A stretch of 64,000 bases of DNA from Tubulanus polymorphus. Taxonomy: Eukaryota; Animalia; Nemertea. Position numbers and translations under genes: made by a program. Shown here piece after piece: positions 26,901 through 38,126 of the stretch. The DNA lies in the NCBI RefSeq assembly GCF_964204645.1, contig NC_134030.1:3576778-3640777 (forward strand), given 5' to 3'. Positions within the stretch are counted from its first letter, which is position 1. Every line of letters begins with the position of its first letter. The notes beneath the pieces were generated by a model. That model worked only from the letters and a program-made list of their open reading frames with translations, was not told where the DNA came from and ran no database searches.

Positions 26901-29900
26901 CAAATTTTCTAACAGATTAATGTATGAACGCGATCGTCTGCTCACGAGAATCGACAATTTGTTGAAAACGTTCGACGCCGAGTTACGCGTTTTACGCCAT
27001 AAGAAATTCAAATCGGAAATCAACATGAAGAACGCTGACCTGCGGCAGGTGACTTTGTTCGAGGAGCTCGTATTGTTGAAAGAATTCGAGAAAAGTGAAA
27101 ACGTACTCGCCGATAAAATGGAAGCGAAACAACAAGAAAAGTTAGACATGCAAGCCAAGGTTTGTTCATTGTCGTTTAATAATTCACTCAATTATCCGCC
27201 ATCTGATAATCTGCCACCCACCCAGCTTAGTCCAAAAGTATTCTAATTTGAGGGTTCCTCGAGTTGATGCTGTTGAGCAGAATGGAAAGTTCTTGCTGCA
27301 CTTTAATGTTCTTTCGTGATCCAATCAGACTAACAAAATACGAACTTGGTAACTTCTCATTTAGGTCCTCGAGTGTCAACAGAAACTCGACAACAAACGT
27401 AAAGACATCGAACGTTATCAGGAAAAGGAACGAGCTTTGCACGCGATGTTCTTGGCGTCACTCGGCGACAATAATAAATTCGCCGAATACTTGACGAAAG
27501 TTTTCAAAAAGAAAATCAAACGCACGAAAAAGAAGGCGACAGAAGGAGAAGGCAAGTGTCAACGTTTCGTTTGGTTTCATCAGTTATAAAGGATCTATGA
27601 TAGACTGGTTATATAGAGCCTATGGTTATCATCTTCAGTGTTTCTTAATCTCATTTCTTATAGTAAATGATTGGAAAAAAGATAGAAACTCCTCTTCCAA
27701 AATTGTGTTAATTTCATGCTTGCTTCGTACCGTCCAGATCTTGGTTTTCAGAGACTAACAGTATTTTTTGCTTTCCCAAGATAAACTCTTGGATCATTAT
27801 TGGATCATTCATTTAACCTCACAATTGGATGGCCTTTGAAGTGTTTGTTGCCCACACACTGTAAGCAACCAGCAGAACCCACTTGTCACTCAGCACTGAT
27901 AGTGAATTTTATCGCGCCTTATCCCCCTGAGCTACACTTGTTCAATAGTAGTCAAATTAATGTTTATATTGAGAGATTTGTCAATTCACGAAAAATATTT
28001 TCACCTCTTTGATTTTCGTTTCTAGATTCAGAAGAGGAAAGCGATGAGGAAAGTGACGATGAATCCGATTGGTCGGATGAAGATGAAGAATCGGATGAAG
28101 AGGCCGGCGGAGGACTCGATCTCGACGTCTGCCCGCCTGGTTGTGATCAGAGTATTTACGACAGCACGTGTCAACTGCGTGAAAAACGTCTGGATATCGA
28201 AGAAGCGTTGACTGAAGAGAAAAAACTGAATGAACAGTTCAAACGAGATCTTGAGAGCTTGCAACGTAAAGCAAAGGTTATTGACGGTGCGCTGAAGACT
28301 GCTGAGGGTGATCTGGAAGCATTCCAGGTAATGAATATGAACTGAGTTTGTGGTTTAAAAGCTGACGGGATGTTCAGTTCATGTAAGGGTTTGAAATTAG
28401 TCTGAATGCCAGATTCCTATGACAGTCTTGTCAGGGAAAGTCTTACGAAATTGAAACCAAAAATGGGAAACCAATTGTGTCTTGAAAAGTCATAATTCGG
28501 TTTTTCAAATGTATTAACTGAGTTTATTCAACTATATCCTAATAATCATCGTTAGGAATACTGGATACTAAACTGATATTAACTGATTATTCATCGAACT
28601 TGTTTTGTTCCATTCTTAGCTGGAGAAACAACAGAAACTGAATGAACTCGACATGGTCGTTACGTTGAAACTGCATCAAATTCAGCACATAGTCAACAAC
28701 GCGATGCCACAGGATCTGACGAATTGTCTCGTCTTCGAATCAACGGGACTCGTTCGCCTGCAACATCGAATCAAAGAATTAGAGCACGAAAAACAATTGC
28801 AGAAAAAACAAATGAAGTAAGGGGAAGGAAAAAATGACTGAAAGAAAGCAGTCTCTTTTTGTCTACAAGCCTTTTCAGAGTGGTACAATAACAATTTAAA
28901 GATCGGAAAAAGCATATTGCAGGATGGCCACTTACCAGGAAATTAGGGCAAAGTCAGGGAATTTTCTTTTCTTAAAAAAAGTTAAGGAATAGTCAGGGAA
29001 TTTGGAAAAAGTCAGGGAAATATTAAGATTGTTAGATCGCGGGTAAATCAAACAGTTTCCGTGTGACTGTTTTGATTCTTAGCAGATCAAGTCATGATTG
29101 AATTTTCTGAATTTCATTCTAGGGAGGCGAAACGAAAACACGTAGAATTGATTAAAGATCGTCGACTTTTTGAACAACGTATTTCCGAGATGGACGAGCA
29201 GTGTAATCACATGATGCAGCAGAAGTTCGGTCGAATTGTTGACCTTGAAAAGCTCGAACAGGTCACCGTAAATCGCAACCTCGAGGAACTGAAAGAGAGG
29301 CTGCGACAGAAGGAGGCCGATTGCGCTAATGAAATAGCCAAGTGGGAGGTATGTTTGTGCAGGTTGATTTTGAGTATGATTTCTGTTATTTTTGTTATAG
29401 ATATACATAAAAAGGCTCTAAAGCTAAAATAAAATGAAATTGGACAAATAAATCGAAATTTTTTGAATTTCAGGACAAAATAGGTGTAAAGAAAGACCGC
29501 ATAACGGATTTGATACGTGAAAATACGAACCGATTAGAACAGTTAAACATGTTACTGGGCGAGAAGAAAGATTATGAAGGGGAATTGGACTCTCGGCAAA
29601 AGAATCTGGTAAATTATGCGTTTCATTAAAAATAAGCTTTGTATTTTTGTACATATTCTGGAAATTATTTGGTTGGACAGAGGCAGATCCAGCATCGGTT
29701 TCTGAGTCCTACTCACTCCAGTATCACAGCATGACAGAGACTCCTCCAGAAAATGTGGAAAACTTACCACCTCCAGATGTAGCTGTGGATGTGTCGAGAC
29801 TTCAAATTTGAGGGGGATCCTGTTTACCTGTCAATCTACCTGTGAAATAGAGGCGATTGACTACTGACTAAAATCTTGTTTGCTTCATTCGTATTTTTCT

Positions 29901-30109
29901 ATGTGTTTCAGGGAGGAGAATACAGTGGTAGTCGTAAAGCCGATATCCACGAACGCCAGCGTCTCATACAACTTGTACAATTACAAGCTCAAGAGATCGA
30001 AGCGTTGAAAGATGAAATTACGTTATTGTCGCGTAAAGGCGGACATATTCTACCACCTGCTCAACCACCGATGCCGCAATCCCGTACTATCAGTAACATT
30101 AATACCTGA
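8967..30109 (+). CDS. CFAP44: Cilia- and flagella-associated protein 44 (WD40 repeats plus coiled-coil tail)
   Basis: Peptides [97 protein letters not shown] and [12 protein letters not shown] match CFAP44/WDR52 as I know it. Exons: 8967-9036, 9976-10032, 11692-13257, 14292-14417, 14490-14597, 14687-15045, 15126-15250, 15445-15607, 15854-15993, 17192-17371, 17700-17979, 18146-18307, 18797-19039, 19605-19808, 20418-20540, 20850-21002, 21366-21486, 21937-22064, 22155-22267, 22746-23025, 23272-23487, 23751-23881, 24254-24602, 24883-25071, 25299-25483, 25892-26161, 26916-27159, 27365-27551, 28026-28327, 28620-28816, 29123-29348, 29474-29608, 29912-30109 (TGA). The N-terminal acidic exons 1-5 are phase-consistent but less certain. 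Confidence 0.95.
9262..9684. mobile_element. Foldback MITE in CFAP44 intron 1
   Basis: 9262-~9393 (GATGACGTATTTTACCGAGATGAACCGAGA...CTAGAGTCATATTTT) is inverted at ~9521-9664. The right terminus CGTCATCTCGGTAATAAGGATGACC recurs inverted at ~32878-32907 in MTX2 intron 1. Confidence 0.8.
10406..10529. mobile_element. PIF/Harbinger-like MITE with TAA target-site duplication
   Basis: TAA|AGCCGCGGACACACTG ... CAGTGTGTCCGGGCCT|TAA, with internal repeated GGCGAT/ATCGCC motifs. Confidence 0.75.
15251..15444 (+). other. U12-type (minor spliceosome) GT-AG intron in CFAP44
   Basis: 5' site GTATCCTTT; branch-like TTCTTTAAC at 15420-15428, 16 nt before the intron end. Splicing restores the conserved L-H-S-F-G-Y-D-C frame. 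Confidence 0.9.
19182..19256 (+). repeat. Near-perfect 34-35-bp hairpin in a CFAP44 intron
   Basis: GGATACATTACGTGGGGCACATATTAGAAGTTACC-TTAGCT-GGTAACTTCTAATATGTGCCCCGCGTAAGTATCC. Confidence 0.85.
25603..25855. mobile_element. CAGGG-terminated MITE with 5-bp TSD (hAT5-like)
   Basis: TTAAT|CAGGGTTGCCACTTA ... TAAGTGGCCACCCCG|TTAAT, with CAGGGAA-rich subterminal repeats. Confidence 0.75.
26339..26440. repeat. Imperfect ~100-nt hairpin in a CFAP44 intron
   Basis: TGATTAGAAATACAAGCTT ... AAGCTTGTATTTCTAATCA (19-bp perfect outer stem) plus an inner stem AGCTTCATCAGGTGA/TCACTGGTGAAGCT. Confidence 0.75.
26550..26807. mobile_element. CAGGG-terminated MITE with 6-bp TSD (hAT6-like)
   Basis: TATAAT|CAGGGTCCGATCTAAG ... 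CTTAGATCGAACCCTG|TATAAT, with repeated GGGCAAGT/ACTTGTCC motifs. Confidence 0.8.
27552..28025 (+). other. GC-AG intron in CFAP44
   Basis: AAG|GCAAGT is the nearby donor that gives the phase 1 required by the acceptor at 28026 (G+AT TCA GAA GAG). The adjacent GT at 27556 would be phase 2. Confidence 0.8.
28920..29090. mobile_element. Partial copy of the 25603-25855 MITE family
   Basis: CAGGATGGCCACTTACC start, CAGGGAA repeats, and shared AGATTGTTAGAT...AATCAAACAGTTTCC...GATTCTTAGCAGATCA. Confidence 0.7.
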
Positions 30110-30127
30110 ACATAATTTACCGGGGCG

Positions 30128-30255
30128 GGGTCAGGTTGCTCGAAATTTATTAGAAGATAACCGTTGAATAAATAACGCAGTAACGATGGATTTTCAATAG
30201 TTGTAACTACGCGAGCTATCCACTGCTTCATTTCAACCTACTTTTGAGCTACCGA
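30128..30255. mobile_element. Degenerate MITE directly after the CFAP44 stop, containing an AATAAA
   Basis: GGTTGCTCGAAA ... TTTTGAGCTACC inverted ends; AATAAA at 30167. Related fragments at ~23605 and ~43763. Confidence 0.45.
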
Positions 30256-30435
30256 GATATTAATTCAAATTAAATCGTACCAGAGATACAGAATGATATT
30301 TCAATTATATTCATAATCTCACTGTTGAGTTTATCTATGTTTGCTGATAATATAAGATATTATGATTGTGTCATCATACCCGCTTTCAATAGAAAGTACA
30401 ATACCATATAAAGTACAATACCTGTCTATGAAACT

Positions 30436-30853
30436 GATTGTAGGAAAAAATGGCCAAGGAAAAAAGGGCCACGGAAAAAAAGGCCAAGGAAAATTCATCA
30501 GAAATACTGACAATGTTAATAAAACATCAAGCTTTCAATTTAATGACACCATTTATTTTTTTATGGGGCTTAAAACAATTAAAATCGGTATAATGCATTC
30601 AGAAATATGATGAACTTACATTTCTAATCAACTAAATTAATATTTCAAAACATCAAAGTAAGCTATTAGGGTACCGACTGTCTTAGATCATCAAAGGTAA
30701 TTTACCTAAACTAATTCAGAAGTCGGTGTAATAATCTCAAAAAGTGACAAGTCAAAACATCAATGCATTTGATTTGTGTGTTAGTTAATGAAATGATAGT
30801 TTCCTATTTAATCTTCCTTGGCATTTTTTTCTGTGGCCAATTTTTCCATTCAC
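30436..30853. mobile_element. Mutator-like non-autonomous element with 10-bp TSD
   Basis: CTATGAAACT at 30426-30435 and 30854-30863. The ends carry inverted 15-bp GGAAAAAAxGGCCAx tandem units. Confidence 0.7.
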
Positions 30854-32121
30854 CTATGAAACTAGTGGGTGTATGTCTGAATGTATCGCAATGAATGCTG
30901 TTATACGAAAAATGAACTGCTGTAAAAAAGTGTAATACACTGTGATAATCATTGTATCTTTGTTTCATTACTTTTTTCCGTCCAGAAATTTCCTTCGTAG
31001 AAAAATCACTATTTTCTATGCGCGGTAAGCAAAAATCATTCCGTCCAATGATATATTAATGTTAATTTTTTTGCCAGTCGATTGATGTAAGTTTTTGTTA
31101 AACCGATTTTTCAACGTCTATCCATTTATATATATATATTATAAATCTATATACACTGTGTATTATGTATGAAAGGAGCAAAATAAAAAAGGAAATCTAT
31201 ACAGCATAAGATACATTGTATTCCTTTCTATTCTATCAGGACAAATGGCTCTATTGGGCTGGGTGTTCTTACGATGATAGGCTGGCTGGGGAACTAGCAT
31301 CTACGCCAGCGTAACAGGATTCCATCCATCGGGAACAACAAGCCAGTTAAACCTTATATGTACAATCTTTATTGTATCCCATTATGAGAATGATTATCTT
31401 AGTTTTACATTATATCTATATACAGAATCATGAGTATAAAGTGAGAACTAGCTAGTGTCAGACAGGTTATACGCATGACGACTTGCAAACTAACACCTAG
31501 CAGTGACATGCGGGAGAGAAATTGATTATTGATGAGCACTGACTGTAGCTAGTTGCTACGAATAGATATTGAATAGTCTGACATGTTGATTACGACATTA
31601 AAGCACATATTTAAACTATATTATTACCATCACATCTAGTAAAATATATAAAGTATTATGAATATTTCAATATTAAATGTATGACACTTAATGATTTAAT
31701 GTATATCAGGGTGACGACATAAGGTATGGTAGTGGGCTCTCGGCACTAAAAAAAAAATCTTCATTTGCATGAATTTTTTTTAATGAATATAAATTAGTTA
31801 GAGTTAAGTTAGTAACAGTTAGAGTTGCATAAAACTGTGCAGAAAATAAACAATAGAAATGAAAAAAAATAAACCATTTACTCATTATTAACCGTTTCTT
31901 CGTTATCATTAATAAATCTCTTACGTAATTCCATAGAAATTACATATATGCCAAGTCATTTTAGTATTGACATCAAAATACACTTATGAAATGGCGCAAC
32001 AATGTATCCACTAGTGCAGAGGGAGCGCACTTCAAGAGGATGACCCGTGCCAAATCCGTCAATTTTGACATTGCTTTAGATCTGAAAAGCAGCCCAGAAC
32101 TGAAGAACTACTGGATCAACC

Positions 32122-32242
32122 TAGTCAGTAACCTGACTGTGGTTTAGTTTCACGATCGGATATTTTCACAAACCACAGTTGCCGTTGGTATAAGCCCATC
32201 CGATTATAAAAAGCTTACCACCAACGATTAGGTAACTAACTA
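32122..32242. mobile_element. 121-bp insertion with TAG..CTA termini and 9-bp TSD
   Basis: GGATCAACC|TAGTCAGTAACCTGA ... TTAGGTAACTAACTA|GGATCAACC. Confidence 0.6.
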
Positions 32243-32769
32243 GGATCAACCCATCATGGAATGGATGCAAAATTGGTTATATATTGAGTCCAGTTTACGC
32301 GTGGAAATGTGAAACGCGGCTAAGTGTAAAATACCTCGAGGGGGTAGTCGACGAATTAATCATGGAATAAACCGAATTTCACCCAAAAAGTCAAACTGAA
32401 ACTGTGGTGACTGGGCCCGAACTCCGGGCATACGGAGTTGACACATCGACATTCCCAAAATCCAATCTGATCTGTCGGATTGGGATCTGGACGAATTTGT
32501 CAAACGTATAATTCACCAAAATTTTAGTCTAAAACCTAGCCGTTGTTCCCCAAACAACCGTAACAACGAGTGGTATTCAGACTAATAATTCACCCCATGC
32601 TGAAGTAGCGGTTCGCGGCGCTCCCCGTATAATACGGGTTTTGTATTTGAATTGAGTCGGCACGTGAGTTTTGGTGGCCTGGTTGGCGCTAGGTGATGCT
32701 TCGCTCGAAAATCCTGTTTAATATTTTAAACATTAGCTCGCCTAATTTCCTAATCAAACCTAGGAATAA

Positions 32770-35700
32770 ATGGCTGTATCATCGTTATTGGCTGATGCTG
32801 TGCAAGTAGAAATGGCAGGTAGGCCTGTTCCCTACTCTCACCGTGTCACATGGCCCTTGGGATCATTCATTTATTACGGTCATCCTTATTAATTACCGAG
32901 ATGACGCATTATTGATTAGGGAAAAATATCAATTTATCTGTTTCTTTCATTTCAGGTCAACAACCATGGCCAGATGATGTAGTATTGTATCAACCATTTG
33001 CAGGTCAGTACTAACTTAAACATACATTCCTAGTGCATCCTAGGGATGGATAAATTGAAATAGTATTGGCAAATAGGACTCAACAGGCAACACAGGGGCC
33101 TGACGCAAAAAGTTTTTGGCCCCAGTATCCTAGTTACTAATATATTATTCGAAAAACAAGTGAGCCAACTCTTAGTCCAACAGGTCACTAGGCCTATGTC
33201 ACTTCAACAGTCTGGACAGGATTATCAATTAATTGAAATGGAAATAGCGATATGCAATGGCAAGATAAGAGTCTAATATTTCCAAAAAGCCCGAGCACCA
33301 TTAGTTTTCAAAAAGCTCGGTTATTTTTACTTCAAGGTTGGTGCAGTACAGATGGATTTTGCCAATTGTCTGGATGATCACACAATTATACGACCTTTAA
33401 GGGACTCAAACCTCGTGTAAACCATTTGGTCTAGTGCAGAAATTCAATATCGTTAAGAATTATCCAACTTGAAGCAGATGAAACTGCTACTAATCAAGTT
33501 ACGAACTGTTGAAGTGACATTATACCTATCGACGATCTGACGAGGAGTCAGCTCTCCTTTTTTTACATGGTACCTATGATACCGGGTTCAAAAACCTTTT
33601 GCATCAGGTCCCTTTGACAGAGACTAGTTGCACTCTTGGCTCTTCAAGTGATAAATGAAATGCCATTTATTCAATTTAAGATAATCAAATTTTGTTGCCC
33701 GATTACGCCAGATGTCTCAGCGTGAAGACATTTCTTCGTATGTGCAGTTTGAACTTCACAACTGAATACCGATCGAATGCTGAACATATGTCACCCTCAG
33801 GTAAAACGCGCTGATTTATTTTGAGACCGTTAAATCTAGTTCATTAGAAATTCTGGATTAGATTTAATTTCATGTGGCTGTAGCTATTCGATCATAGGTT
33901 GAATGCGTTGACTGTTTTTACTAGTTGGAGTCATTTTATGCTGTAGGAATTGTACCGTTTGTTCAAGTTGGACCGTTCAGCGTATCAGAATTTGATCCTA
34001 TTGTAACTTTCGTCAATACTAAAGTACGTATCATTTAGCTTGCTTTTTTGCAACACCCGAGTAATTTTAATCATTGATCGACTTTGAATGATTATAACGG
34101 AGTGCTACTCAGATATCAGACGTTCTTGAATGAAATGAATTCATTTTCAATCAACTTTGTTCACAATTTGCAGTACTTCAATACGAAATTGGACAAATCT
34201 AGATAAGCTCTGATTATTATTCATATGCGGTGCGAGTTTCCTATGTCATACATAGAATTACATTTTAATTGATGAAATCAAGCATTACAGTGGCCTATTG
34301 GAGCTGGGGGATAATAGTGGAATTTTATGTGCTACAGTACCATTGCCATGCCAGCGCCCCAGATATGACGATCATATGGTGATCTTAGTAAAATAATGCT
34401 GGATTTTATGAAACCGGCCAATCTGCTGGATGGGTTATGTACCGTATTGGTATCGCTGATTTTGTTCTAGGGTCACAATCTGAGCTCTGATTTAAATGAT
34501 GTCCAGCGTGCAGAAATGAAGGCTTACATCGCTCTGATAGAAAATGTACTCGGCAATGCTGAGGTAAGTAAGTCCCTTACCTTTAATTGTTTGTAAATTA
34601 GCAAGTGGATATTTTGCCAACATGGCATTATTCTCGTAGACACTATTTTGCCAAAAATTGGGGATAGTCTTAAATCTTTCTTAACCCTAAAAACTGACTG
34701 AGACCCTATATCTAACCATGTGTCAAGATTCAATCTTTTTAGTTATATACCTATGTCAGCAAAATAGCGTTTACTGTTAACTTGTGTTAATGCGATATTG
34801 GTAAAATATCAACTTCATAGTAAAGGTAATTCAAAAGTTAATGTAGTTTTCTGTGTATTGCAGCAATTTTTATCCTGGGCTGAAGCGTCTAATGCTAATG
34901 ATGTGTCTAAACCGAGGTATGGTTCAGTTTTCCCGTGGCCGCTGAATATGATTTTACCCTGGAGAAAACAACTCGCAGAAAAACAACGATTAAAGGCTTT
35001 AGGATGGCTAGAAAAATCATATGAACAGGTTCGTTACATTCAGTGTTGGAGATATTAAAACAAGATATGTTTTGATGATATGTTTGTCACCTAATATTTT
35101 TTTCATTATAGTCACAATGCGATACAAATACTAAGTTTGGGACCAGCAAAATATACCTTATGATGATTCTTTTCAATTTGTTCTTCTTTCACTTTTTTGT
35201 CAGGTTTGCAATGAAGTGAAAACTTGTTGTAGTGCTTTAGCCGAAAAATTAGGAGAACAAGATTTTTTCTTTGGAAACAAGTACGTGTGTCATGGATGTT
35301 CAGTGCAAGAGCACTATACTGAATTAGAAAGTGAATTCTTTTCTTGTTTTACACCAGCTGGAAGCAAAAATTCATACTCTAATTTAATCATATAAATCCA
35401 AGCCAGTGGTGGCAATGAATATGGATGAATTTACTCTTTTTAAAAATGTGGTATATATTCATGACTATTCAGTTGTCACTGTTCTATTTGCTCTTGGGAA
35501 AGGGCATGCGTATTTCAATGACGTTTAGATTTCTTCGGTTTTAGTGGATTTGATTGTTCCGGTTTTGCTTGAATACAATTTGTTTATTGCGCAGTTGTTG
35601 CCTAGTAGAAGATTATTCAAATGAGATAATCGGCAGTCCAGACATGTTGACCTGATTGTGAACTGTGAATGTTTTTCAAGGTCTGGGCCATTTGTATGAT

Positions 35701-36132
35701 TGGTGCTGCCATCTTCCAGCTACGACTATAACTAATATACTAAATTCTACCAGCATCTCCCTGTAAGTGTAATACATGTATGTAGTTCTTTTATTTCAGC
35801 CCCACCGAACTGGATGCTGTGATGTTTGGACACATTTTCACTCTGCTGACCGCCGAATTACCTTCGCCGAGAATGGCTGAAATCATATCACAGTTCGTAA
35901 CGCTGAATGCATTCTGTCAAAGAGTGGAAGAAAGGTCTGCAGCCTGATGAATTCTTCATAGATATTCAAATTCCTATTTCTGGACATTTAAACCAAACAA
36001 ATTTGAAATATCTTGTGTGAGTTTTTCTGCGTAAATGAAATCAATCTTTTTGGTCGTAATTTCAGGTATTTTGCAGCCAATCCAGGCGTGTTGTCAGATC
36101 TCTTGCCGATGAAACAAAGCCATTTTGCGTAG
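32770..36132 (+). CDS. MTX2: Metaxin-2 (mitochondrial outer-membrane SAM complex, GST-like)
   Basis: Exons 32770-32818, 32956-33003, 33681-33800, 33947-34023, 34471-34563, 34864-35028, 35204-35280, 35800-35934, 36066-36132. Motifs [59 protein letters not shown] and [10 protein letters not shown] match MTX2. AATAAA at ~36728 and ~36791. Confidence 0.93.
33095..33612. mobile_element. MITE in MTX2 intron 2
   Basis: GGGGCCTGACGCAAAAAGTTTTTGG... versus ...CAAAAACCTTTTGCATCAGGTCCC, plus inner inverted ATGTCACTTCAACAGT/ACTGTTGAAGTGACAT. Confidence 0.7.
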
Positions 36133-37589
36133 CTCAAAGTTCCAGCTGATCTATTATTCAAATGACATTATTGTGGAGGAGTTTATATTTCGTTGACTGT
36201 AAACGGCGTATTTAAAATGAAGTCATGTTTGTCATTAATCAGGGGATGTACTTTAACTGTTACTAACATAATAGTATTAAATACTGTAAATGTTACAGAC
36301 ATATTGAATTTAGATACATGTATCTGCATTGAATCAAACTTGAGAGCAGAGTTATGGAATGATAAATCAATCACACAAAATTAACTTATTTGTACTCAAA
36401 ATCTAACTTACACCAAAGCCAACTGAGAAATAAGCTCTTTTAAGTCTACACAACAGTCTTAAAGCTTTCAAATTAAGTTGTTTGATCGGTCAAGGAATCG
36501 AATGGTCTTCGCTTAGTCAAATATAAAGGCTTTTATGTGGCCAGCAGTTAAAACGAAATCAATGATGTTTCCAAAAACGAAATTCTAAGTGCATTTATGC
36601 AGTAGTTAGGATACACATAGTCTTCCATTCGGCGGATTTAGCCTAGTGTGTGCATGTGTGTATTGTTTTTTTTTTTTTAGATATTTAGTTTTTGTGCCAA
36701 AGTTGTTGTATAGAAACTGTGCAAGTAAATAAAGAGAATTAAGAAATGAAAAAGGAGAGATATTCTGTTGTACATACGTGTGAAGTTGCTAATAAATACG
36801 TTCAGTATTTTAGATTTTATGAAAATATAGTTTCCTTTTAATATTTGTCATCGAGGACTAACGTTTTGTGGGTGGGCGTATCATGGATTAAAAAGGATTA
36901 CTTTTTTAGCCAGTGAATCATTCTTGGAAATATAAAACGTTTAAACAGCATAAGGGAGTGACATCAATTCTGGTCTTAGTCTGCATATATATTGAAATAT
37001 GGACTCGGAATTGTATGGATAAAGTACATTTTGTCAGTCAGGTGGTGTCTATAAATTATTCATGAGTAGGTTATTGGGATTAATATATAAATCATCACCC
37101 CTTTTCGTTGTGACACTGGAGTTTAAATCAGCGCTTTGATGAGAAGTTGACGATAGTATGGTACATGGTAATATTGGCCAATATGAATTAAATGAAAATC
37201 GAACCTGATGACATCGAACATCGAGGCTTCCATTGGTACAGGGTTCGAATCCCCGTGAGGAATCGATGAGATCCATCAACGACCACCACCACAAACCTAA
37301 ATATCTTAAGAAGTTGTGCGCTCCATTTTCGTATTAAAATTAGGGTTTCACATGGATCCCTCCCTACAAATTTCTAGATACTTACTGGACGTGGACAAAA
37401 TCAAAGTCGATACGACACGTACGACATTTAAAATTGAAATGAAGTTAAAACATGAATTAATTATAAATAATGCTTTATTACTTTGTAATTTAAATATAAA
37501 CCGTTATATTACTACATTAATGCAGCGGTGTCGCGCGTCATAACCGAAATCTCTTTGTTAGTAAACAAAAGCACATGTAACTCATGCAG

Positions 37590-38126
37590 ATTCAACATGG
37601 CCGCCGAACGCTACGTCATCGATCACGTGACCACGCGGAATGATTGACATTTCCATGGAAACATAGTTTACCGCCCCACGCGCCCCAATCTCCCTCTCAC
37701 GCCCCCCGCGCCACCGCGATCACACACAGAGGAAACGACTTTCCGCCATTTTGAGGTCGTGGATTCCCCTCTCCACCGCATATACAACTTCACTAATACT
37801 TTCGGAGGAAATTAACGATTTTAACGCATCGTCGGTCAGTGACACGACAACTGAACATAGCCGAAATATCACCGGATTAACGGATTATCCCGCATCAGTC
37901 TGTTTACATTCACAGATCGGTCGCAAAGCGTCGACAAACTAAAACCGTCGAGATTTTCAAACTGAATCGTGTTCTCGCGCCATTTTGGTTTCTACTCTAC
38001 ACCATCACAACAACATTGATTAACGCGGATTAGGATTACCTTCCTTCCTCGTAAAATTATGCTGAACGGATTTACGCAGTATTAACGCCACCATTCGCTT
38101 CATCGCACGAGAACGAGAAATTGACG
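37590..38126 (+). promoter_or_regulatory. CpG-rich distal promoter and first exon of DYRK1A
   Basis: Three YY1-like motifs (CAACATGGCCGCC 37593, CCGCCATTTTG 37743, GCGCCATTTTG 37977), E-box TCACGTGAC 37623, X-box-like ATTTCCATGGAAAC 37649, GC-rich boxes, and donor ACG|GTAAGA at 38127. Confidence 0.65.

Noticed and set aside
30331-30610. ORFs with FFPWP or GKKGQ repeats
   Set aside because: Translation of the 15-bp subterminal repeats of the Mutator-like element.
37240-37262. tRNA gene (GGTTCGAATCCC T-loop/B-box)
   Set aside because: No D-arm, anticodon arm or acceptor stem is visible; at most a SINE-like fragment.
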